A stretch of 60,964 nucleotides of DNA, taken from assembly GCA_045594745.1 (NCBI GenBank), contig JAZNZC010000074.1, forward strand, positions 1 through 60,964, read 5' to 3'. Position 1 is the first letter of the stretch. The number at the start of each line of letters is the position of its first letter. The position numbers and the translations under genes are program-made. The notes beneath the pieces are model-generated. The model was not told the origin of the DNA, ran no database searches, and saw only the letters and a program-made list of their open reading frames with translations. The stretch comes from Eubacteriales bacterium (GTDB lineage: Bacteria > Bacillota > Clostridia > Oscillospirales > CAG-272). Below are positions 24,056 through 33,330 of the stretch, one piece after another.

Positions 24056-25837
24056 TTATCCGCCGTACTTCCAGTAGTAGGGGCTCAATGTCAGATCGGA
24101 GCTTGCCTGAACGTTGATGTTGCCTTCCTTCCAAACAACACCCGCAGCCTTTGCATCGGCAATGAGCTTTGCTGCATCCTCGGCATTGGGCTCTAAATAA
24201 AGCTTTGCCAAACGCCATTGCATAGCGGAGCGTTGTACAAATTCCTTGCGATCGCCCGCAAGTTCCTCAGCCAAAGCCCAGCACTCATCAAAGCGATATG
24301 TAAAATTGTAATATTCTTCCCTTGTAATAACAGTAAGGGGATGGTCATAAATGCCCTGTCCGCAAACCGCATTGGTGGGTTTTTCTTCTCCGTTGAGCTT
24401 GTATCCGCCATTCGAGGCGAGCTGGCTTGTCAAGTTGATATACTCACGAACAAAGGTCCAGCCTGCGCCGTAGTAAGCCTCGAGGAACTCATTCATATGT
24501 CTGTTATATTCTTCCTCGCTCATGTAGGGGTTCCACATCAGCTGTGCCAACAGATAGGAGCGGAGCTCACCGAACTCACCCGAGCGGCCCTGGCTGTTAC
24601 CCTGCGGGAACATCGATACCACGTTGTTTTCAGCATAGAATCTCATATTCTCGCGAATGGTGAACAGGTTTGCAAAGGTGGAGATGTAGTAATGGAAGTT
24701 GGTGGTGTAGTCCCAAATGTGAATGTTGTCACAAATTTTACCCCAACCAACGAGGTCGTCGCGGAACTTTTTGCTCTTGGAGCAGGATGTGTCGCTTATC
24801 GGATGTGTGAAGCAGCAGTTGATGGAGCACAGACGAACGCAAACGTTATGACGGGGCTTGACTTGCGTAGGGGGAGATTGGGTGTTTTTATACGCAAGCG
24901 TGTCGATGATGAGATCGGGATAATCTGCCTCAAGCTCTTCGGCAACTCTGTTTACAAACTGGATCCAAACACCGGAGTAGTTGCCGCCGTTCTCCTCTGC
25001 GATCTTTGCGCAGTTGGGGCAGTAGCAGGATTGCTCATAGTCGGCTTGAGAAACAGACACGATATTGATGGCGGGGTTCTTTTCAAGCTCCTTGCGCAGG
25101 TTCGCAATAACCATAGCAAAGATCTCGGGGTCGGTCAGGCAGGGGTTGGTTGCGTAGGTGGGGTAGGGGTAGGTAGTGTTTGTCAAAGGTGCAATGGTGT
25201 GCACAAAGAAGGGGCCGTAGTTCGAGCTGACACCGCCGTGCATTTCGTCGATTGCGACGTTGCAGCCGCTGACGCCATTCTTTACGCACCATTCCGCATC
25301 GTGGCCCGTATAGTTCCAGGAGAGACGGCGGTCCAATGCAATAGCAGGGGTGTACTCCAAAACAACGCCGTCGGGAATGATAACGTCACCGGGGTAAACG
25401 GTTTCGAGCTCGGGTGTAAAGTAACGCACACCTGCGTACTTTTCAAGAAAACGGTAAACGGCATAAAGGACACCGCGCTCGTTACCGCCCTTAATGGTCA
25501 TACCGACGTTCTCTTCAAGGGACGCCTCGATCTTAAAACCGTTGTCGTTAATGGTGGAGTCGATGGCAATAGAGATCGGGAAGCCGTCCTCTGCCTGCGT
25601 AATGCCTTGCTTGCTCAGGTAGGCGAGCAATTCGGCAGCGGCAAAGGCCTCGCTCGAGGTCTCTCCTGCAGTAACCTTAACGGTAGTCAGCTTTATTGTC
25701 TTTCCCTCCGGATTTGTAACGGGGGGATTTGTTCCCGTGGGGGTCGTTTGTTCGGGCTTGTCAGAGAGGTTGCAACCACTCAGGAAGCAAGGCAAGAGAA
25801 GCGCCGAGATGAGTAGAACGATCAATACCTTTTTCAT
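24056..25837 (-). CDS. DUF4838-like putative glycoside hydrolase, paralogue 5 (lipoprotein)
   Basis: 593 aa from MKKVLIVLLISALLLPCFLSGC (lipobox) with AAGGAG RBS. The ORF-track extension to 25888 was rejected. Confidence 0.88.
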   Translation of the reverse strand: MKKVLIVLLISALLLPCFLSGCNLSDKPEQTTPTGTNPPVTNPEGKTIKLTTVKVTAGETSSEAFAAAELLAYLSKQGITQAEDGFPISIAIDSTINDNGFKIEASLEENVGMTIKGGNERGVLYAVYRFLEKYAGVRYFTPELETVYPGDVIIPDGVVLEYTPAIALDRRLSWNYTGHDAEWCVKNGVSGCNVAIDEMHGGVSSNYGPFFVHTIAPLTNTTYPYPTYATNPCLTDPEIFAMVIANLRKELEKNPAINIVSVSQADYEQSCYCPNCAKIAEENGGNYSGVWIQFVNRVAEELEADYPDLIIDTLAYKNTQSPPTQVKPRHNVCVRLCSINCCFTHPISDTSCSKSKKFRDDLVGWGKICDNIHIWDYTTNFHYYISTFANLFTIRENMRFYAENNVVSMFPQGNSQGRSGEFGELRSYLLAQLMWNPYMSEEEYNRHMNEFLEAYYGAGWTFVREYINLTSQLASNGGYKLNGEEKPTNAVCGQGIYDHPLTVITREEYYNFTYRFDECWALAEELAGDRKEFVQRSAMQWRLAKLYLEPNAEDAAKLIADAKAAGVVWKEGNINVQASSDLTLSPYYWKYGG

Positions 25838-25901
25838 TGTTTTTCTCCTTTTGGTTCGTATCAAGGATAGATAGAAATGCAGATACATTCCTTCACCCTA
25901 T

Positions 25902-25930
25902 ATCATACCAAAAACTGTAATAAAAAGCAA
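25902..25930 (-). promoter_or_regulatory. promoter of the paralogue 5-4-3 operon
   Basis: Minus strand: TTGCTT (25930-25925), 17 nt, TATGAT (25907-25902). GTAAACAA box lies 13 nt upstream of the -35. Confidence 0.5.
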
Positions 25931-25986
25931 TAGTGTTCTTTATTTGTTTACAAATATTTACTTACAAAAATAAAAAGACAAAAAAA

Positions 25987-26010
25987 GCAAGCGGCTCACG
26001 AGCCGCTTGC
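25987..26010 (-). terminator. terminator after paralogue 6
   Basis: GCAAGCGGCT-cacg-AGCCGCTTGC, followed by T7 on the minus strand. Confidence 0.7.
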
Positions 26011-26025
26011 TGAAAATAAGTCTTA

Positions 26026-27723
26026 TCAAGATTTGTAGATCCACTCTGTGGGAGCGAGATCAAGATTGGAGTTTGCAGTGTCAACGTTCCATTGTTTTTC
26101 ACGCCAAGCAACTCTTTCGTTGAAGGAGATCTTGTTTTCTTCGATCAGTGCCAGTGCGTCCGCCTTGTTGGGGTGCAGGCAGAGCTTGATGTAACGCCAC
26201 TGATAACGGCCGCGCTTTACAAAAGCGATACGGTCGCCGGCGAGCTCCTCGGCCTTGTTCCACCATTCATCAAAGGTTGCCTCGTTGGCGAGGTATTCAT
26301 CCTTGGTAAGGGCATCAAAAGGACTGCCGTCAACCATCTGATGTCCGTCGGCGGAGAGCTCGATGATCTTATCGATAAACTTGCGAATGTATTCCCAACC
26401 CTCGCCGTAGAAGGCCTTGAGGAAGGAATCCATATAACCGTAGTATTCTTCCTCGCTCATTGTAGGATCTTGAATAAGCTTTGAGATCAAATAAACGCGC
26501 AATTCGCCAAATTCACCCGAGGGACAAGCGATGTTACCCGTAAAGTTGATGCTTGAAACGCCATACTCTGCAAAGAAGTTCATATTCTCGCGTAGCGTAC
26601 CGAGGTTTGCAAAAATGGGCATATATTCTTTGGCAGCGGTCAAGGCGTATTCTATGTGGATGTTATCACAAATTGAGCCCCAGCTCTTTATCTTTGCTGC
26701 GAGGTCGGCGGCCTCTGGGCAGGAGGCGTCGGTGAGGGGGTGCGAGATGTGACAGCTTGCGGTGTTGAAGCGGATCGAAATACCGTCAACCGGTTTTGTA
26801 ACGGAGGGGGCAGTTGTCAGATAAGAACGGATCACGAGCTCAAATTTTAACTCGGGATAATCAACCGTGATCTCTTTGTAGAGCTTATTGAGAAATCGGA
26901 CGTAATTTCCTGCAGGGCTGCCTTCCTCCTCGTGAACGCGGGCACAGCTTTCGCAGGTGCAGAAGGGGTCGACCTCGGTTTTTGGTGTAAAGCTGATAAT
27001 ATCAATGTCGGGAATAGCACGCAAGTAATTCCGAACGTTTTGAACTGCCTTGGCAAAGATCTCGGGGTCGCTCAGACAGGGCTTGATGTTACCTGTTCCC
27101 GCAAGGGCGTTAAGTGCCAGTGTTTGGGTGACGTTGCTGTCGGTGCGACTGCCGCCATCCTTTTCGGGGAGCTTATCAATGGGAGCCCAAGGATTACGAA
27201 TGACCTCAAACGCGGGCTCGAATACATCCAACACACCGCCGCCGATCATCAGGTCGCCATCATCTATCACGGTCGTGTCCGCAGAATAGATGTGAACACC
27301 CAAGAATTTTTCAAGAAAACCGTAAAGGCCGTTGGCAAGACCGCGATTGTCGCCGCCCATAACCGTAAGGCCGTTCTCGTCGGCTGTAATTCTGTAGCCG
27401 CCCTCGGCTACACGCTCATCAATGATGAAGGAGATGGAATAACCGTCCTCGGCGAGGGGGATATTCTTTTTTGCCAAATACCATTTCAGCTCCGTTGCGG
27501 CAAAGCTTTCAATGGCACTCTCGCCAGAGGAGATCTTGACGCTTGTGATCTTTTTTGCGGGAGTTTCAGGGGGACTGGGAAGCGGGTTGGGGTCAGGTGT
27601 TGTTTCGGGCGTTTGGTCGGGAGTGCTTCCTTCGGGAGTTTGGGGCTTGTTACAAGCTGCAAGAACGGACACCAGCATAACAACCGTCAAAAGGAGCGCG
27701 AATATTCTTTTCATCATACTCAT
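26026..27723 (-). CDS. DUF4838-like protein, paralogue 6 (lipoprotein, motif-divergent)
   Basis: 565 aa. MSMMKRIFALLLTVVMLVSVLAAC lipobox. Keeps CTCESC, SHP..C and GEFGELR. Replaces SQND, DTLAY, WDYTTNF and MFPQGN. Confidence 0.85.
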   Translation of the reverse strand: MSMMKRIFALLLTVVMLVSVLAACNKPQTPEGSTPDQTPETTPDPNPLPSPPETPAKKITSVKISSGESAIESFAATELKWYLAKKNIPLAEDGYSISFIIDERVAEGGYRITADENGLTVMGGDNRGLANGLYGFLEKFLGVHIYSADTTVIDDGDLMIGGGVLDVFEPAFEVIRNPWAPIDKLPEKDGGSRTDSNVTQTLALNALAGTGNIKPCLSDPEIFAKAVQNVRNYLRAIPDIDIISFTPKTEVDPFCTCESCARVHEEEGSPAGNYVRFLNKLYKEITVDYPELKFELVIRSYLTTAPSVTKPVDGISIRFNTASCHISHPLTDASCPEAADLAAKIKSWGSICDNIHIEYALTAAKEYMPIFANLGTLRENMNFFAEYGVSSINFTGNIACPSGEFGELRVYLISKLIQDPTMSEEEYYGYMDSFLKAFYGEGWEYIRKFIDKIIELSADGHQMVDGSPFDALTKDEYLANEATFDEWWNKAEELAGDRIAFVKRGRYQWRYIKLCLHPNKADALALIEENKISFNERVAWREKQWNVDTANSNLDLAPTEWIYKS

Positions 27724-27770
27724 TTTTATAAATTCCTTTCCTAAAAATCAAATTGTACTGTTGGTATTCT

Positions 27771-29558
27771 TTACCATCTGGTGTTGTGTTGGTTACCCTC
27801 ACTCCACCAAATGCCGCGGTCCGTAATTTCCTGAACGTAGTCGGGCTGCTGTGCTTGATTGAATCTTGCATTAAACCAACGCCATTGGAGGCTGGAGCGG
27901 CGAACGTTGTCTACGCGTGCCTCGTCGGCCATAGCCTCGGCCTTTGCCCACCAATCGTCAAAGGTGTAGATCATAGTGATATACTCCTCGGCGCTTACGC
28001 GGATAAGTGGATGCATATAAGTGTCGCCGCAATGCTTTTCAAACATTTCGGAGGTTTTATCGATATACATACGGATATAGGACCAGCCGTCGCCGTAGTA
28101 AGCCTCGAGGAACTCATCCATCAGGCGATAGTATTCTTCCTCGCCCATATAGGGGTTCATCATCAGCTTGGAGAGCAGGTATGAACGGAGCTCGCCAAAC
28201 TCACCCGAGGGGCCCTCGCGATTGCCCTGTGTAAACATTCCTCTCGCGTTGTGCTCTGCATAAAATTGCATATTTTCCTGCAGAACGTGCAGATTTGCAT
28301 AGGTGGGGATGTAAAAAGCAAAGTTGGTGGTGTAGTCCCAGATGTGAATGTTATCGCAAATTGCGCTCCATCCCTCAAGGTCGCGGCAGAATTTTGCATT
28401 TGCACTGCAGGTCGGGTCAGTCAAGGGATGTGTGAAGCAGCATTTGATAGAGCAAAGGCGAATACAAACATTCTTCTCGGGAACGATGTTTTTGGGAGGC
28501 GTTTGCGAGTAGGCGTATGCCAGCGTGTCGATGGTGAGGTTGGGGTAATCGTTGGCAAGGTCCTTTGCAACCTCATTTACGAATGCAAGAATCGTGCCGG
28601 AGGGGCTGCCGTAATAAGCATTCAACGCCAAACAATTTGCACAGCGGCAGTAGTCGGCATCGTTCTGCGAAACAGAAATAATGGTTGCCGTCGGGTATAG
28701 TTCCAGTTGTGCACGAACGTTTTTAATAGTCTTTGCAAGGTTTTCCTGGCCCTTGGGAGTATCCAAAGCGAGACAGGGGTTTACCGAAAGACCGTTACCT
28801 GTTTCGGTCAGGGAACCCATGGTGTGAACAAAGAGCTTACCGTAGTCCCAGGCGCCGCCAAGGCTCTCGTCCCAGGAGTTCCACCAGCCGTCAACCATAT
28901 TGACGCCGTTTTTGACGCACCATGGATATCTAAACTGATTGGGTACCCATTTGTACCAGTCGTTGACGCGCATCTCGAATACGGGATGGTATTCGATCAT
29001 TTTGCCTTCCTCAATGATGACGTCTCCCTCGGTGGGATAGACCTCAAGGTAGGGTGTGAAGGAGCGCAGACCTGCGTATTTTTCAAGGAATCCGTAAACG
29101 CCGTAAAGAACGCCGCGACCGTTACCGCCGCGAATATCCATACCGGGGCGATTGCCCTCGATAACAGCCTCTACACAATAAGAGTCATCCTCCATCGTGG
29201 TGTCGAGATAGATCGAGATGGGGAAGCCACCCTCGGAGACGGTGATGGAGCGTTTTTCAAGATATGCCGTCAGCTCTGAGAGAGCGGTCAGCTCAGCGGG
29301 AGATTCGCCCGCGTCAATGGTTACGTGCGTCAGCTTCATTGTAACCTTGGGTTCAACGGGCTCTTCTTGATCGGGGGTTGTTATTTCCGGTGTGGTTGTC
29401 GTTTCTTCGGGTTCATCTTTTCCACCGGCAACAGCCAATCCGACGATCAGGCCTACAACAAGAGCCAGTCCGAGGAAAATAGCAACGTATACCTTCCAAT
29501 ACTTCTTGTCAAGATACTTTTTCCAATCGAATTTTTTGGTGTTTTTTGTTTCTTCCAT
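27771..29558 (-). CDS. DUF4838-like putative glycoside hydrolase, paralogue 7 (N-terminal TM anchor)
   Basis: 595 aa. MEETKNTKKFDWKKYLDKKYWKVYVA followed by a TM helix and Thr/Pro/Glu linker. AAAGGAA RBS. Confidence 0.9.
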   Translation of the reverse strand: MEETKNTKKFDWKKYLDKKYWKVYVAIFLGLALVVGLIVGLAVAGGKDEPEETTTTPEITTPDQEEPVEPKVTMKLTHVTIDAGESPAELTALSELTAYLEKRSITVSEGGFPISIYLDTTMEDDSYCVEAVIEGNRPGMDIRGGNGRGVLYGVYGFLEKYAGLRSFTPYLEVYPTEGDVIIEEGKMIEYHPVFEMRVNDWYKWVPNQFRYPWCVKNGVNMVDGWWNSWDESLGGAWDYGKLFVHTMGSLTETGNGLSVNPCLALDTPKGQENLAKTIKNVRAQLELYPTATIISVSQNDADYCRCANCLALNAYYGSPSGTILAFVNEVAKDLANDYPNLTIDTLAYAYSQTPPKNIVPEKNVCIRLCSIKCCFTHPLTDPTCSANAKFCRDLEGWSAICDNIHIWDYTTNFAFYIPTYANLHVLQENMQFYAEHNARGMFTQGNREGPSGEFGELRSYLLSKLMMNPYMGEEEYYRLMDEFLEAYYGDGWSYIRMYIDKTSEMFEKHCGDTYMHPLIRVSAEEYITMIYTFDDWWAKAEAMADEARVDNVRRSSLQWRWFNARFNQAQQPDYVQEITDRGIWWSEGNQHNTRW

Positions 29559-29605
29559 TCTCTTACGTTCCTTTCATAAGGTTATCCAAATAAGATGTGT
29601 ATACT

Positions 29606-29635
29606 ATTATAGCACGAAAATATTGGCAATGTCAA
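29606..29635 (-). promoter_or_regulatory. promoter of the paralogue 7-6 operon
   Basis: Minus strand: TTGACA (29635-29630), 18 nt, TATAAT (29611-29606). Confidence 0.55.
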
Positions 29636-29674
29636 CTGTTTTTGCACTGTTTTGCTTTCAAAATTCAAAAAAGA

Positions 29675-29695
29675 CGCTCGACAGATAGTCGAGCG
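29675..29695 (-). terminator. terminator after paralogue 8
   Basis: CGCTCGAC-agata-GTCGAGCG, followed by a T run on the minus strand. Confidence 0.6.
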
Positions 29696-29710
29696 GCTAA
29701 AGGATGAGGT

Positions 29711-31570
29711 TTAATTTTCGTCTGTTTTGGGTTGTGTAAACCATTTATCGGGTTCGAGAGCTAACAGATTGTATTGATAAGCATACCAAAGGAGTTTGGG
29801 ATTCCGTTCACTCCATTTGGTTCCCATAGCCTCAACCTCTGCGGCGAACTGCTCGGCGGTTTCCAAATCGGGGTGAATGAAGAGAAGGAGATAGCGCAGC
29901 TGCCAACGGGAACGTTGAACGTATTCGAGGCGATCGCCTGCGGCTGCCTCGGCAGCATCCCACCAACCGTTGAAGCTGTCCTCAAGCGAAGCCAAAGAAT
30001 CCTTTGAAAGAACGCCAAAGGGATAGTTGTAAAGAGTCATTCCACTGGGGGACATATTAGCATATTGCGTATACGTGTTGATGTATTTGCGAATGTTTTC
30101 CCAACCCTCTCCGTAGTAAGCGGCGAGGAATTCATCCATGTGAGCGTAATATTCATCCTTGCTCATATAGGGGTCCATCAAGAGCTTGCCGATAAGGTAA
30201 GCGCGCAATTCACCGAACTCGCCCGAGGGGCCCGAGCCATTGCCCTGCTCATAAATGCCCTTGACATTGTGGTTGGCAAAGAATTGTACATTCTCACGCA
30301 GAACGTGGAAGTTGGGGAAGGTAGCAAGGTAATATGCGTAGTTTGTGGTGTAGTCCCAAATATAGATGTTGTCACAAATCGCGCTCCATTCCTCAATGGC
30401 CTTGCGGAAGTTAGAGCAAACGGAACAACTGCTTTTGGTAAGAGGATGCGTCAAGTGACAGGTGATCGTAGAGAGACGGATGCAAACGTTGGGTGCAGGC
30501 TTTGTAACCTTGGGCGCGGGTTGCGTGTATTCGTACGCCAATGTATCGATGACGACATCGGGATAATCTTGCGCGATATCGTTGGCAATTTTGTTTACAA
30601 AGCGGAGAAGTGTGCCCGAAGGGCTGCCTTCTTCTTTGTCTATGGCATCGCAGTTAGCACAACGGCAACGAGCAGAGGTGTCGTTTTGAGAGACGGAAAA
30701 AATTCTTGTGTTGGGGTTTTCGGCTAATATCTTATGCACGTTGGCAAGAGCGGTGTTGTAAATGTTTTCGTCGGTCAGGCAGGGGTTTGCCGATGTTCCG
30801 CCGCCTGTTTCGGTCAGCTTGCCTATGGTGTGCACAAACATACTGGGAGCATAGGAAAGGCTACCGCCGAGGGATTCGTCCCAAGACTGTTTCCAACCGC
30901 TCATAATATTGATGCCGACTTTAGACGCCCAAGTATGTCGTTTGGTTTCATCCATCCAGTTGTACCAGTCGGTCTGGCGGAGCTCAAAGGTGGGGGTATA
31001 ATCCAAAAGAACACCGTCGGGAATGGCAACCTCGCCTGCCCTACATACCTCTAAATCGGGGGTAAAAAAGCGCACGTCTGCGTAGTTTTCAAGGAATCGA
31101 TAAACACCGTAGAGCACGCCACGGCCATTGCCGCCCACGATGGAAAGGCTCTCGTCCTTACCCTCGCCAACGATTGCCGTTACGCGAAAAGCATCGTCTC
31201 CGAGCGTTTCATCGATCGAGAGCGTAATAGGGAAACCGCCCGTAGCCCGAACATCAACGCCTTTTTCAAGCAGATATTTTTTGAGGTCGTTTGCCGCAGT
31301 CTCCTCGGCAGGAGAAGCACCCATAGAAATAGAGACCTGTGTCAGCGTTTTTTGAATAACGGCAGGCGGATCTTCCTCCTTGGGAGTGGTCACCTCGGGA
31401 GTAGTTTCTTCAGGACTGCCACCGATCACGCCGGTGGCAAGCAAAACGATCAGCGTTGCGGCAAGAACCACGACACCGATGCCGATAGCATAAAATTTCC
31501 AATATTTTTTGTCAAGATATTTCTCCCACCACTTTTTTTCGGGGGGAGTAGAATTTTTGGTTTCTTCCAT
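29711..31570 (-). CDS. DUF4838-like putative glycoside hydrolase, paralogue 8 (N-terminal TM anchor)
   Basis: 619 aa. MEETKNSTPPEKKWWEKYLDKKYWKFYA followed by a TM helix and linker. AAGGAG RBS. Confidence 0.9.
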   Translation of the reverse strand: MEETKNSTPPEKKWWEKYLDKKYWKFYAIGIGVVVLAATLIVLLATGVIGGSPEETTPEVTTPKEEDPPAVIQKTLTQVSISMGASPAEETAANDLKKYLLEKGVDVRATGGFPITLSIDETLGDDAFRVTAIVGEGKDESLSIVGGNGRGVLYGVYRFLENYADVRFFTPDLEVCRAGEVAIPDGVLLDYTPTFELRQTDWYNWMDETKRHTWASKVGINIMSGWKQSWDESLGGSLSYAPSMFVHTIGKLTETGGGTSANPCLTDENIYNTALANVHKILAENPNTRIFSVSQNDTSARCRCANCDAIDKEEGSPSGTLLRFVNKIANDIAQDYPDVVIDTLAYEYTQPAPKVTKPAPNVCIRLSTITCHLTHPLTKSSCSVCSNFRKAIEEWSAICDNIYIWDYTTNYAYYLATFPNFHVLRENVQFFANHNVKGIYEQGNGSGPSGEFGELRAYLIGKLLMDPYMSKDEYYAHMDEFLAAYYGEGWENIRKYINTYTQYANMSPSGMTLYNYPFGVLSKDSLASLEDSFNGWWDAAEAAAGDRLEYVQRSRWQLRYLLLFIHPDLETAEQFAAEVEAMGTKWSERNPKLLWYAYQYNLLALEPDKWFTQPKTDEN

Positions 31571-31630
31571 TCTTGTGCGCTCCTTTCCTAAAACAGTGTG
31601 TTGTATCGACCTGCTTTGAACATCTCCTTT

Positions 31631-31659
31631 ATTTTACAGGAGAACGCGCAAAAAGGCAA
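31631..31659 (-). promoter_or_regulatory. promoter of paralogue 8
   Basis: Minus strand: TTGCCT (31659-31654), 17 nt, TAAAAT (31636-31631). GTAAATAA box lies 13 nt upstream of the -35. Confidence 0.5.
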
Positions 31660-31859
31660 TAGGGAGAGCTTTTTATTTACAAAAAAGTTAAGAACGGGAT
31701 GCTTCTTGACAGAACAATGAGCCGCGGTGGCAACTTTCGGATTGTTTGTTACAAACGAATGAAATAAAATAACTGGTAGGGGACGGCGCCCTCGACGTCC
31801 CATTTTATTGCTAACAACCCTATTTAGATATTTTTTGTTTAGAAAGTTCCTGAAGGGGG

Positions 31860-31895
31860 TGTGGGGAGAACTTCTTTTCAAGAAGTTCCCTCACA
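31860..31895. repeat. GTGGGG..CCCCAC palindrome family, imperfect copy
   Basis: TGTGGGGAGAACTTCTTTTCAAGAAGTTCCCTCACA. Confidence 0.75.
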
Positions 31896-31919
31896 AACAC
31901 GCTTCTCCTAAACTTTTTG

Positions 31920-31948
31920 TTGACAAATCCCGAAAAATATGGTATTCT
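31920..31948 (+). promoter_or_regulatory. promoter of the acyltransferase gene
   Basis: TTGACA (31920-31925), 17 nt, TATTCT (31943-31948). Confidence 0.45.
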
Positions 31949-32001
31949 AAAGTATATGAGATTTTAACGTGTGTAAATTCAAAAATTATGGGAGACGGCA
32001 A

Positions 32002-33276
32002 ATGAAGACAGCATTTTTGAGAAAAAGCTACGACGAAGTCGTGGCAATGCCCCGCGCCCCGCACAAAAAACCAAAGCGTCCCAACATTTTCTTCCGCACC
32101 TTAATTCGCATTTTATCGGCAAAGGACCTCATTCCCATCAAGTTCTCCCACGTCAAAAAGGACATGAAGAGAGCGGGAGAGGGCCCATATCTGATCTTGA
32201 TGAACCATTCCTGCTTTTTGGATCTGGAGATCGCCTCGGCGATCTTTTATCCGATGGCGTACGGCATCGTTGCCACATCCGATGGGTTTGTGGGCAAGGA
32301 TTGGCTTATGCGACAGATCGGTTGCATCCCTACGCAAAAGTTTGTCAGTGACCTGACACTTGTGCGTGATATTGACTATCTGCTCAAAAAGAAAAAGACG
32401 AGTGTTCTGATGTATCCCGAGGCAGGCTACAGCCTTGACGGACGCGCCACCGTTTTGCCACGCAAGATGGGCGGACTTCTCAAGCTCCTCAAGGTTCCCG
32501 TGCTTTCGGTGCACGTCGACGGCGCATTTTTGCGCACTCCCCTTTATAATGAGCTCAAAAACCGCAAGGTGCCTGTGCGCGCCGAGGTCAAATGTCTGCT
32601 CACCGCCGATGAGATCCACGAAAAGAGCGTAGAGGAGCTTGACGCCATTTTGGATGACGCCTTCTCCTTTGACCACTTCAAATGGCAAAAAGAAAATAAC
32701 ATCCGAATCACCGAGCCCTATCGCGCAAACGGACTTGAGCGCGTGCTTTACAAATGCCCGCACTGTCAAGCCGAGGGAAAGATGCGCGGCGATGGAGAAA
32801 TCCTGACCTGTCACGCCTGCGGCAAGGCTTGGAGACTGACAGAGCTTGGCGAGATGCAAGCCCTTGAGGGCGAGACCGAGATCTCGCACATTCCCGATTG
32901 GTTCGATTGGGAGCGCGAATGTGTGCGCCGTGAGATCGAAGAGGGCACATACGCACTTGAGGGTGAGGTTGAGATCGGTATGCTTGTCAACCACAAGGCC
33001 ATTTACCTGGTGGGCGACGGACATCTGTCTCACACCAAAGAGGGGTTTGTGCTCACGGGATGCGACGGCAAGCTCGAATACGTTCAAAAGCCCCGTGCAT
33101 CCTACACCGTCAACTCCGACTATTATTTCTATGAGCGCGGCGATATCATTTCCATAGGAAACCGCGACTGTCTCTATTATTGTTTCATCAAGGATAACAC
33201 ACCCGTAGCCAAAGCAAGACTTGCAACCGAGGAGTTGTTCAAGCTCAGCGTTTCCGAGTCGCGCAGAAAGCAATAA
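32002..33276 (+). CDS. PlsC-type (lysophospholipid/1-acylglycerol-3-phosphate) acyltransferase family protein with C-terminal zinc-ribbon region
   Basis: 424 aa from MKTAFLRK. HX4D acyltransferase motif NHSCFLD, then MYPEAG. CPHCQ..(14)..CHAC zinc-ribbon-like motif. Confidence 0.8.
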   Translation: MKTAFLRKSYDEVVAMPRAPHKKPKRPNIFFRTLIRILSAKDLIPIKFSHVKKDMKRAGEGPYLILMNHSCFLDLEIASAIFYPMAYGIVATSDGFVGKDWLMRQIGCIPTQKFVSDLTLVRDIDYLLKKKKTSVLMYPEAGYSLDGRATVLPRKMGGLLKLLKVPVLSVHVDGAFLRTPLYNELKNRKVPVRAEVKCLLTADEIHEKSVEELDAILDDAFSFDHFKWQKENNIRITEPYRANGLERVLYKCPHCQAEGKMRGDGEILTCHACGKAWRLTELGEMQALEGETEISHIPDWFDWERECVRREIEEGTYALEGEVEIGMLVNHKAIYLVGDGHLSHTKEGFVLTGCDGKLEYVQKPRASYTVNSDYYFYERGDIISIGNRDCLYYCFIKDNTPVAKARLATEELFKLSVSESRRKQ

Positions 33277-33330
33277 CCTTTTTTCGCCTGTAAAAACGGG
33301 CAAGCAATTCATTTTTTAGGAGGTCCCTTT

